NCBI GenBank assembly: GCA_026985555.1
Contig: JALSQF010000003.1
Span: forward strand, 1-60,604
Reading direction: 5' to 3'
Length of the DNA: 60,604 bases
Origin: Candidatus Moraniibacteriota bacterium
GTDB taxonomy: Bacteria > Patescibacteriota > Minisyncoccia > Moranbacterales > UBA9337
The notes under the pieces were generated by a model. That model did not search any database and had not been told where the DNA came from. It saw nothing but the letters and a program-made list of their open reading frames with translations. Positions 18,456-27,900 of the stretch are shown in pieces (within the stretch, counting starts at the first letter, position 1; each line of letters opens with the position of its first letter). The position numbers were made by a program, and so were the translations under genes.

Positions 18456-20294
18456 ATGTTAAATTTTTTATTAATAATTGCAATTTTTGTGATAATTGCG
18501 TTTCAGCAAAAAGATATTATTAAATTAAAAAAGCAGGTTAAGCAATTTATTGGAAATCAAAACAATATAAAAAATAAAATTATTAGTAATACGGAAGAGA
18601 ACGAAACATCTCAAACATCACAAAAACAATCTTCTAAACTAACGAAAAAAGATGAATCTACTTTTTCTCCACAATATTTTCAAAATTTATCTTCTGAAAA
18701 TTTTAATTTTAAATTAAAAACAAATCAAAAAGAAAATGAGAATGTCTTCAAAAAAGATATTAGTAAAGGTTTTAGCGCCTGGATAAAAGAAAACACTTTA
18801 ATGAAAATTGGTGCTTTTTTTATTTTTCTTGCTATAAGTTGGTTTGCTCAGTATGCCATAGCGCAAGGATGGATAGGTGTAGTCGGTCGTATAACTTTAG
18901 GATTACTTTTTGGTTTGATATTAATGCTAGCAGGGTTTCGTGATGCCTATAAAAATAAAGATAGAGGTTTTGTTTTATTAGGATTAGGCGTTTCTATAAT
19001 TTTGTTGATTACTAATATTGCTAGAGTAATGTATCACTTAATGACGCCAGAAATTGCTTTAATTCTAATGCTTATAGCAGTAATATTTGTTTTCTTTGTT
19101 GCTATAAAATTTAATAATACTTACTTAGCTGGTTTTTCTTTTGCGTTAGCTATGCTTATACCAATACTAACTAATTCTCCTCATCCTTCTTTTTTTAATT
19201 TATTTTCTTATTTGTTAATATTAATTTTAGGAAGTCTTTGGATTATTTATTGGAAACAGTGGCATTTTTTGGTAACTGAAGCTTTTTTTGGTGTATCTTT
19301 ATATAGTATCCTTTCTTTTATTAATTGGGATATTTCTTCATTTGAAACATTGTTTGCTTATTCTTTTGCTTTAATTTTTCTAATTGTTTCTATTATAGCC
19401 TTAATTAAGAATGATTATATTTCTCAGAAAAAAGAAAAAGAAATAAAAGTTTATTATTTATTGTTTTCTTTGATAAATTCATTGTTTATTTTCACTTGGA
19501 CTATAACAGGAATTCCTGATTATTTGCAAAGTGTTTATTTAATTGTTTGGTCTACTATTTTTTTATTGATTGGTTTCTCTGTTTTTATTCTTACAAAAAA
19601 AGACTCTGTCTTTTTAATTTATGGTGCTACAGCTATTTTATTTTTAGGCGTAGCTACTGCTTTAGAATTAGAAAGAGATGCTTGGTTTTTAGCTTTTTCT
19701 TTAGAAGCAACTCTGGCAGTTATAGTTACTTCTCTGTTAACTAAAAAAGCTAGCAGTGTAAATAAGACCTTTTTATTGTTTGTCATTCCATTTCTATTTT
19801 CTTTAAATGTATTAGATAGTTACAATTGGTATAATTTTGGTAGGAGTATTTTCTTTTTTGGAGCAATATCACTTTATATTTTTATTTTTCTTTTAATAAT
19901 CACAGGTATTTTTCTACGTCTTTTTTTTCAAGAAGAAAAAAATTCTCCTCAAACAGTGATTTCTATTATTTTTTCTTTAGTAACTTTTTATATATTTTCT
20001 TTAATCTGGCTTATTCCTCACACTATTTTTTATAATGGTGATGCCACAGTGTTTTCTCTTATTGTATATACATTAGTAGGGTTAATATTTTATTTTAATT
20101 CTTTTGCTTCTCATCAAAAACTATTTCATATTTTTGGAATTATAACTTTAATTGGTGTAATTATGCATTTGCTGTTAGTAGATGTTTGGGAAATGGAAGT
20201 AGTAAGTAGAATAATAGTTTTTATTTTTGTAGGAATGATTTTAATTTCAACGGCTTATTTATCTAAAACTCATCGCAATAAAAAAATTGAGTAA
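18456..20294 (+). CDS. DUF2339-family multi-pass membrane protein
   Basis: N-terminal helix and linker, then MKIGAFFIFLAISWF..YA...GWIG..GRI..GLLFG, many TM helices, and C-terminal LLLVDVW.M....RIIVFIFVGMILI. Confidence 0.8.
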   Translation: MLNFLLIIAIFVIIAFQQKDIIKLKKQVKQFIGNQNNIKNKIISNTEENETSQTSQKQSSKLTKKDESTFSPQYFQNLSSENFNFKLKTNQKENENVFKKDISKGFSAWIKENTLMKIGAFFIFLAISWFAQYAIAQGWIGVVGRITLGLLFGLILMLAGFRDAYKNKDRGFVLLGLGVSIILLITNIARVMYHLMTPEIALILMLIAVIFVFFVAIKFNNTYLAGFSFALAMLIPILTNSPHPSFFNLFSYLLILILGSLWIIYWKQWHFLVTEAFFGVSLYSILSFINWDISSFETLFAYSFALIFLIVSIIALIKNDYISQKKEKEIKVYYLLFSLINSLFIFTWTITGIPDYLQSVYLIVWSTIFLLIGFSVFILTKKDSVFLIYGATAILFLGVATALELERDAWFLAFSLEATLAVIVTSLLTKKASSVNKTFLLFVIPFLFSLNVLDSYNWYNFGRSIFFFGAISLYIFIFLLIITGIFLRLFFQEEKNSPQTVISIIFSLVTFYIFSLIWLIPHTIFYNGDATVFSLIVYTLVGLIFYFNSFASHQKLFHIFGIITLIGVIMHLLLVDVWEMEVVSRIIVFIFVGMILISTAYLSKTHRNKKIE

Positions 20295-20313
20295 AATTTA
20301 GAATATAAAAAAT

Positions 20314-21438
20314 ATGTTTAAAAAAACATCAGGAATAATTTTTATATTTTTATTTTTATTCAATGTAACAAAAGCTGAAGCTATAGAAAATAGCTTAAAA
20401 GCTTTTCGCCAATTGGCTAAAATAAAATTATTATCCATTACAATTCCAACCGTAGAAGAACTAAAACTTTCTTCTATTTCAGCTAATGGTTTAGCTGTTT
20501 GGGATAAAAACGAAGGAAAATTTGTTCCTAGTAAAATTTTTAATCAAGAAGAGGTTTTTTTAACTGTTCAATCTAATACAAATCAAAACGTTTCTGCTTT
20601 AGTTGACAATGATTTAAATACTTCAGTTTTTTTTAATACAGATGGATATTCGTTATCTTTATCAGAAATAAATTTAAATATTAATCCCGTGAGTAGAGTA
20701 AAAGGAATAAGAATTATTCTTGACAAAAACGTGGCTTTGCCAAACTATATATATATTTATGACGATATTAACAAAAAAACACTTGTAGCGCGCAAAAAAG
20801 TAACTAGTTCTACTATTTATTTTCCTCAAACAGTAACATCTAAATTGATTATTCGTTTAGAACACATACAGCCATTACAAATAGCAGAGATTAAAATATT
20901 GGGAGATTTTGTTAATTATAATAAAAAATTCTTGCGCTTTTTAGCTCAACCTAATCATCAATACTTACTTTATTTAAATCCAGCTTACAATCCTCAAATT
21001 AAATTTAATTTTTCTGAATATCCAAATTTAGATGATAATAAAAGCATTAAAACTACTTCTCTAGAAAAAATAAATCCTAATCCTTATTTTCAAGAACCAG
21101 ATAGTGATAAAGATGGCGTAATAGATAGATTAGATAATTGTGTAAAAGTGCCAAACCCTGATCAAAAAGATGAAAATAAAAATGGTTTAGGTGATGCTTG
21201 TGATGATTTTGACAAAGACGGAATTATTAATAGTAAAGATAATTGCCCCAATAAACCGAATAAACTTCAAAAAGACAAAGATCGTGATGGTATTGGCGAT
21301 GTTTGCGATAATAAAGAAAATCGTTTTACAGAAAGAAATCCTTGGGTTATTTGGGCAGCTATGGGATTAGTTTTAATTACTTTTATTCTAATGAGTACTA
21401 TTGTAATAAAAATGAAAAATCAAGACAAAAGTAAATAA
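20314..21438 (+). CDS. Surface protein with thrombospondin type-3 (Ca-binding) repeats and a C-terminal TM anchor
   Basis: Signal peptide; [22 protein letters not shown]...NGLGDACD and DFDKDGI....[18 protein letters not shown]; C-terminal hydrophobic helix. Confidence 0.88.
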   Translation: MFKKTSGIIFIFLFLFNVTKAEAIENSLKAFRQLAKIKLLSITIPTVEELKLSSISANGLAVWDKNEGKFVPSKIFNQEEVFLTVQSNTNQNVSALVDNDLNTSVFFNTDGYSLSLSEINLNINPVSRVKGIRIILDKNVALPNYIYIYDDINKKTLVARKKVTSSTIYFPQTVTSKLIIRLEHIQPLQIAEIKILGDFVNYNKKFLRFLAQPNHQYLLYLNPAYNPQIKFNFSEYPNLDDNKSIKTTSLEKINPNPYFQEPDSDKDGVIDRLDNCVKVPNPDQKDENKNGLGDACDDFDKDGIINSKDNCPNKPNKLQKDKDRDGIGDVCDNKENRFTERNPWVIWAAMGLVLITFILMSTIVIKMKNQDKSK

Positions 21439-21480
21439 TGGCAAATAAATTCTACTTTAATTTTTAAATTATTAAAGATT

Positions 21481-21520
21481 TAAATAAAAAATAAGTTAAA
21501 TTTAACTTATTTTTTATTTA
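21481..21520. repeat. Perfect 40-bp AT-rich palindrome
   Basis: taaataaaaaataagttaaa|tttaacttattttttattta. Confidence 0.8.
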
Positions 21521-21592
21521 CTAATTTTTTAAAAAATATTAAAAATTAATTGTCAAAAGTAAAAAAAGGAATTAAAATAAATTTGTAAAATT

Positions 21593-22771
21593 ATGGTAAA
21601 GAAAAAAATAATTGTAGGAATAGATATTCGTAATATTGGAAAAAAAAGAACTGGTGATGAAGTAGTTTTTTTAAATTTAGTGAAAAATTTTTCTAAATTA
21701 AAGGATAAAAATTTTAATTATGTATTATTTACTGATATTAGAGACAAAAATAAACTAGCAAAGATAAAAAGACAATTAAACATTGAAAAAAATAATCAGT
21801 TTAAACTAGTGTCATTATCTGTTTCTTTAAAAATGAGTAAGTTTATTTGGAATTTGTGGACATTGCCAAGATATTTAAGAAAAAATCCAGTGGATATTTA
21901 TCATACGCAATATATTGTGCCTCTTTTTTTACCTAAAAAAATTAAATTAGTTACGCATATTCATGATGTTTCTTTTAAGGTTTATAAACAGTTTATTAAA
22001 TGGAGTGATTTATTTTTTTTAAATATTTTAATTCCTTATAGTATTCGGAAGTCAACTAAAATTATTGTTGTTTCTCAATTTACAAAACAAGAAATAGAAA
22101 GATATTATCCTCAAGCGCAAGAAAAGATAGAGGTAATTTATAATGCTGTTAATAATATGGAAGAATGGAACATAGAACAGGTAAGTTTTCAAAAAATAAA
22201 AGAAAAATATCAATTACCTAAAAAATATATTCTATATTTAGGAACACTTCAGCCAAGAAAAAATGTAGAAACTCTTATAAAAGGGTTTTTATCTTTTAAA
22301 AAAATAAACAATAAAGAAGACATTAGTTTAGTTATAGCTGGGAAAATAAAAGCTCATAATTTTGATAGAAAGTTAATTCCTTATCTTAATAAAACTCAAG
22401 AAAAAATTTATTTTATTGGTTTTGTTGATGAAAAAGACAAAACTAATTTAATAAAAAAAGCTTGCTTATTAGTTTCTCCATCTCTCTATGAAGGTTTTGG
22501 GTTGCCTGTGCTAGAGGCATTAAATTTAGGTGTTCCTGTGTTAGCTTCCAATATTAAACCTCATAAAGAAGTAGGAGGAGAAGCTATTAAATATTTTTCT
22601 CCTTTAAGTGTTGCTAGTTTAAGAAAAAAAATATATAATATTTGTGTTGTTTCTAAAACAGAATATGATTCTTTTTTGTCTAAAGCAAAAAAACAACTAA
22701 ATAAATTTTCTTGGAAAAAATCAGCTCAAAAGATGTTAAAAATTTACAAAGAGCTATATTTAGATGGTTAA
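21593..22771 (+). CDS. GT4 (family 1-type) glycosyltransferase
   Basis: TGDE, THIHDVSF, YLGTLQPRKN, PSLYEGFGLPVLEA. Confidence 0.92.
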   Translation: MVKKKIIVGIDIRNIGKKRTGDEVVFLNLVKNFSKLKDKNFNYVLFTDIRDKNKLAKIKRQLNIEKNNQFKLVSLSVSLKMSKFIWNLWTLPRYLRKNPVDIYHTQYIVPLFLPKKIKLVTHIHDVSFKVYKQFIKWSDLFFLNILIPYSIRKSTKIIVVSQFTKQEIERYYPQAQEKIEVIYNAVNNMEEWNIEQVSFQKIKEKYQLPKKYILYLGTLQPRKNVETLIKGFLSFKKINNKEDISLVIAGKIKAHNFDRKLIPYLNKTQEKIYFIGFVDEKDKTNLIKKACLLVSPSLYEGFGLPVLEALNLGVPVLASNIKPHKEVGGEAIKYFSPLSVASLRKKIYNICVVSKTEYDSFLSKAKKQLNKFSWKKSAQKMLKIYKELYLDG

Positions 22772-22794
22772 ATATATTAAATAACAGATACAAT

Positions 22795-23910
22795 ATGAAA
22801 AAATTTTATCAAAAAAAATGGTTTAAGATAATAGGATTATTACTTTTAGTCATTTTTTCGGTAGGGGGTTTTTTAGCTTGGAAAACAAATAAAACTTTCA
22901 AAAAAATCTCTACAGGAAGTTTATTTAATGATATTTTGCATACTTTACCTGTAGTAAAAAATGAATTAAAAGGAGAAAAAGAAGGGAGAATAAATATTTT
23001 ACTTTTAGGAATGAGAGGAGAACATGTTACAGGAGGAGGTTTATTGGCAGATACGATTATGGTTTTAAGCATTAAACCTCAAGAAAAAAAAGTGGCTATG
23101 GTTTCTATTCCGCGAGATTTATATGTTACTATTCCTGGAACCAATACTCAAAGTAAAATTAATGCAGTTTATTTTTACGGAGAAAAAAAGAAACAAGGTG
23201 GAGGAATTGAAGATATGAAAAAAATAGTTAGTGAAATTACAGGACAACCAATTCATTATGGTATAGCTATAAATTTTAAAGGGTTTTCTCAATTAGTAGA
23301 TGCTTTAGGAGGAGTTCCTTTGCATTTAGATAAGCCATTTGTTGAACCATTACAATTTCATGAAAAACATGTTTGTGATAAAAAAGTATTTACTATTCCT
23401 TCTGGTGATTTTGAGGAGAAAAAAAACAAAAAAGGAAAGGTTGTAGCTAAATATCCATTATGTTATAATTCTTATGAGGAATGTGGAGGTGTTTTTCGTT
23501 TACCTAAGGGAGATTTAAATTTAAATGGGGAACAGGCATTATGTTATGTCCGTTCCAGGGTGACTTCTAATGATTTTGAACGTGCTCGTCGTCAACAACA
23601 AATTATTCAAAAGATAAAAGAGAAAGCTTTATCCACAGGAACTTTATCTGATTTTTCTAAGATTAATGCTATTTTAAAAGCTTTAGGTGATAATGTGCGG
23701 ACAGATATGCAAATATGGGAATTAAAGAAATTATATAAAATTTATCAAGAAATAGGAGACAATGTAAATATTAAGCATAAAGTTTTAGAAAATTCTCCAG
23801 AAGGATTGTTGTATGCCCCTCAAAATACTCGTCCTGATCAAGGATATATACTTTTGCCACGAGGTGATAATTATGATAAAATAAAAGAGATGTTTAAGAA
23901 TATAATTTAA
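22795..23910 (+). CDS. LytR-CpsA-Psr (LCP) family glycopolymer transferase
   Basis: INILLLG, DTIMV, VSIPRDLYV, KINAVY, NFKGF..LVDALGGV, ALCYVRSR..SNDFERARRQQ; start at ATG 22795. Confidence 0.92.
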   Translation: MKKFYQKKWFKIIGLLLLVIFSVGGFLAWKTNKTFKKISTGSLFNDILHTLPVVKNELKGEKEGRINILLLGMRGEHVTGGGLLADTIMVLSIKPQEKKVAMVSIPRDLYVTIPGTNTQSKINAVYFYGEKKKQGGGIEDMKKIVSEITGQPIHYGIAINFKGFSQLVDALGGVPLHLDKPFVEPLQFHEKHVCDKKVFTIPSGDFEEKKNKKGKVVAKYPLCYNSYEECGGVFRLPKGDLNLNGEQALCYVRSRVTSNDFERARRQQQIIQKIKEKALSTGTLSDFSKINAILKALGDNVRTDMQIWELKKLYKIYQEIGDNVNIKHKVLENSPEGLLYAPQNTRPDQGYILLPRGDNYDKIKEMFKNII

Positions 23911-23930
23911 TAAATTAATTTTTTATACAT

Positions 23931-24305
23931 ATGCAATTATCAGAAAAAGTAATGGATCATTTTCGTAATCCACGTAATCAAGGTAAAATTAAAAATGCGG
24001 ATGCAGAAGCTCAAGCTGTAAGTTCTCATTGTGGTGATTCAACCACAATTTATTTAAAGGTTAAAAAAGATAAGGATGGTTTTCAATACATTAGTGATAT
24101 TGGGTTTGAAACTATGGGTTGTGGTGCGGCAGTGGCATCAGCTTCTGTTACCACAGAACTAGCTAAAAATAAAAAAATAGAGGAAGCTTTAAAAATTAGT
24201 GTAGATGATGTTGCTAAAGAATTAGAAGGATTGCCTTTACCTAAAATACATTGCGGACAATTAGCTGTAGAAGCTTTACATAAAGCAATTAAGCAAATTA
24301 GTTAA
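23931..24305 (+). CDS. iscU: IscU/NifU-type Fe-S cluster scaffold
   Basis: VMDHFRNPRN.G, HCGD, FETMGCGAAVA, KIHC..LA..AL..AI. Confidence 0.9.
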   Translation: MQLSEKVMDHFRNPRNQGKIKNADAEAQAVSSHCGDSTTIYLKVKKDKDGFQYISDIGFETMGCGAAVASASVTTELAKNKKIEEALKISVDDVAKELEGLPLPKIHCGQLAVEALHKAIKQIS

Positions 24306-24325
24306 TTTTTTATTTTTTTAAAATA

Positions 24326-24904
24326 ATGGAAGAAACAAAAAAACCAACTATTTTATTAGTTGATGATGATGACAGTATAAGAGAAATATATTCTTATGCT
24401 TTTCGGAACGCTAATTTTAATGTGCTAGAAGCACAAGATGGGTTAGAAGGATTAGAAATAGCTACCAATAAAACGCCAGATGTTATTTTTACCGGAATAG
24501 TAATGCCTAGAATGGATGGTTTTACCCTGATGGAAAATTTAGCTAAAAATGTTAAGACAGCTAGAATTCCTGTTTTCATTTCTTCGCATATGGGACGTGA
24601 AGAAGATAGGCAGAAAGCTAATAAATTAGGAGCAAAAGGTTTTATTGTGCGTGATTTAGTTTCTCCTGTAGAAGTCGTAGAAGAAATTAGCAGAGTTCTA
24701 TCTAAAGGAGGAGTCTATCGTATAGATTTTGATTCTTATGTTTTGGATGCTCCTCGTTTAGCTCAGTCATTAGGGTTAAATAATAATTTTCAATGTCGGG
24801 AATGTGATGAAAAAATGGTTTTAGAAATAAAATTACAAGATAATTCACAGTGTTCTATGAAAGCTAAATTAGTTTGCCCTAAGTGTGGTTGGGAAACAGA
24901 ATGA
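24326..24904 (+). CDS. Atypical (pseudo-)receiver domain protein with a C-terminal zinc-ribbon-like domain
   Basis: ILLVDDD, then PDVIFTGIVMPRMDG (Gly at the phospho-Asp position); CRECD...CPKCG. Confidence 0.85.
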   Translation: MEETKKPTILLVDDDDSIREIYSYAFRNANFNVLEAQDGLEGLEIATNKTPDVIFTGIVMPRMDGFTLMENLAKNVKTARIPVFISSHMGREEDRQKANKLGAKGFIVRDLVSPVEVVEEISRVLSKGGVYRIDFDSYVLDAPRLAQSLGLNNNFQCRECDEKMVLEIKLQDNSQCSMKAKLVCPKCGWETE

Positions 24905-24992
24905 TAAGATAAAAAATTGAAAATAAAATAATAATGAAGATAAATTTATTATATATAAACTCAGAAAAGAATTTAAGGACATTTAAGTAAGA

Positions 24993-27900
24993 ATGATCCA
25001 GGAAATGAGAAAAGAAAAAGAAAAAGAAAAATTAAATAAGATGTTTATTAACCGAAAGAAAATCAAGTTTTTGGGGAAGTTTTTTTCTGTTTTAAAAAAG
25101 AAAAAGAAAAGAAAAAAGAGGGAACAATCTTTTCAAGATTTAAATGCTTTTTTTTCTAATTATGAATTAAAAACGAGAAAAAGTTTTGGTAAAAGAATGC
25201 TGAGGCATCTTTTTTGGATGAAATTATTTAATTTTATATTTTTTCCTTTTAAGATAATTCAATGGAATATTCTTAAGAAAATAATTCTTAAAGGAGGATA
25301 TAGTTTTTTAGTAATTATTTTAATTATTTTTGTAGTATATGCTTTGGGACCAGGTGTTTTAAGTGCACCTAAATCAGTTATAGTTACTACTCAACAAGAA
25401 TGGGAAAGTGGAACAGCGGTTAATATTTCTACAACTAGTTCTTCTGATGCTATTCAATTATTGGCAGATGGTAATTGGACAGCTAGGACATGGGCACCGT
25501 CTCCAGACACTCTTTCTTTTGGTTCTACTTCAGTTTTAGTCGGTAATTATTTATATGTAACGAGGGGATACGGAGATAAATCTTTTTATCGTTACAATAC
25601 TTTAAAAAATAAATGGGATACTTTAACTGATCTTCCTCAACCAGCGCATGCAGGTTGTGATGCTGTTTATGATAATAATGGAAATATTTATTTTATTTTT
25701 GGCGGATATTCTAAGAAATTTTATAAATATAATATAGAAAGTGCTACCTGGACAGAGTTACCAGATTTGCTAGATACTATTTATTATGGTGCTAGTATTG
25801 AATTTGATGGAACAAATTTATATATTGCACGAGGTCAGGCGACGACTGATTTTTGGAAATTTAATATTGCTGAAAATTCTTGGTATAATCTTGCTCCAGC
25901 TCCATATACTCTTTATAGAGGAAGTAATATGGTTTATGGTCAGGATGGATATATGTATGTAACTAGGGGATATAATCGTAATACTTTTTTTCGTTATGAT
26001 ATTGCTAATAATACTTGGGATAGTTTAGCGAATGCACCGATTACCTTTTACGGAGCAACTAAAGGAACTTATTATAATGGTTACATTTATTATTTAAGAT
26101 CAAATAATAGTAATATTTTTTATAGATATAGTATTAGTGGAAATTCGTGGGAAAGTTTAGAAAATGCTCCTGCTAATGTTAATTATACATCTTTAAATTA
26201 TAACAGCAATGATGGAATGATGTATGTTTTGCAAGGAAATGGTCAATATCGTTTATGGAAATTTAATCCTACAGCGGGAACAAATGGTCAGTGGGTAGGA
26301 CCCAAGAATCTTCCAGGAACAGTTAATACAGGAGGTGATTTAATATGGAATGGAGTTTCTGGTGCAGGAGGATATTTATATGCAATTAGAGGAGGAAATA
26401 ATTTTTATCGTTATGACATAAGTAATAATGACTGGAGCACTTTAGCTAATCCTCCGGCTAACTTAAGTTATGGGACAAAAGGAACTTATCATGATGGATA
26501 TATTTATATTCCGCGAGGGAATGGGAATACTTTTTATCGTTATGATACAAATACAGATACCTGGACAACCTTAGCAGATGCTCCTGGTAGTTTACGTTAC
26601 GGTTCTTGTGCAGCATATAATAGTGGTGATGGATATATTTATATGACACGAGGAAATGGAACTAATGATTTTTATCGTTATGATATTACAAGTGATAGTT
26701 GGACAACTTTATCAGACATAATTTCTAGTGCTGGAGTAAATTATAGAGTTTATGTGGGTGGTCGTTTAATAAGTGATGGGAATGATTTATATTTAATGCC
26801 TGGAGATGGAGAAACTGCTTTTCTTAAATATGATATTAGTATTGGAACATGGGAAGAATTAGCCAGAACACCTTTTGCACAATATTATGGAACAGATATG
26901 GATTATTATAATGGAAAAATATATGCTCTAGCAGGTTATTATAAAGATGAAACATGGGAATATAACATAGCTAACAATGTATGGAGAAAGCTACCCTCTA
27001 ATCAAAAATATACTTATGGAAGAGGTCCTTATAATGGAGCATCCTTGGTTTATGCTGGAAATAATTCTTTTTATGCTACTCCTGGTATGGGCTTGAGTGA
27101 TATGTGGAGCTATTCTCTTGGAACGAACAATTATTTAAATTCTGGAACTTATACTAGCAATATTTTAGATTTATCTTATGTCTCTAGTTGGATATCGTTA
27201 ACTTATAATGGAGATGAACCGGCTAATACTAGTATTTCAGTAGAAACAAGAACAAGTGCTGATGGAGAGAATTGGTCAAATTGGATAGCTCTTTCGGGTA
27301 GCAACATACAATCTCCTACAAATCGTTATATTCAAGTAAGATTTACTCTTAATAGCACAGACGGAGTGTATACACCCACCGTATATGATTTTACGGTAGC
27401 TTATAATAGTGAAGACAATCCTCCAAATAATCCTAGTAGTGTAAATGCTTATTCTCAAAGAATTAATGGTGATCCATTAACTTCTGGAATAGCTTATAAA
27501 TATGCACATCCTTATTTTTCATGGACGGGTGCTTCCGATAATGAGTCAGGAATTGCAGGATATTATGTTTATTTTGGTACTGATTCTAATGCTGATCCAG
27601 AGACAGAGGGAGTTTATCAAGTAGCTAGCGATTATGTTGTTAATTTAGCTATGCAAACTGGAAATTATTATTTAAGAATTAAAACTAAAGATAAAGACGG
27701 TAATATTACTAGTTCAACCTTTGATGCTTTTACTTATAATTACAATGGAGTGTCACCTTTTTTAACAGAAACGAAAACAACTCAAGAAGATTTTAGCAAT
27801 GGAACATTAGAAAATGTGGAGAGTCTAAGTAGTGATAAAATGAGATTATCTTCTATATCTGGAGCTGGTTTTTGGAATGAAAATCGTTTATCTTATGCTC

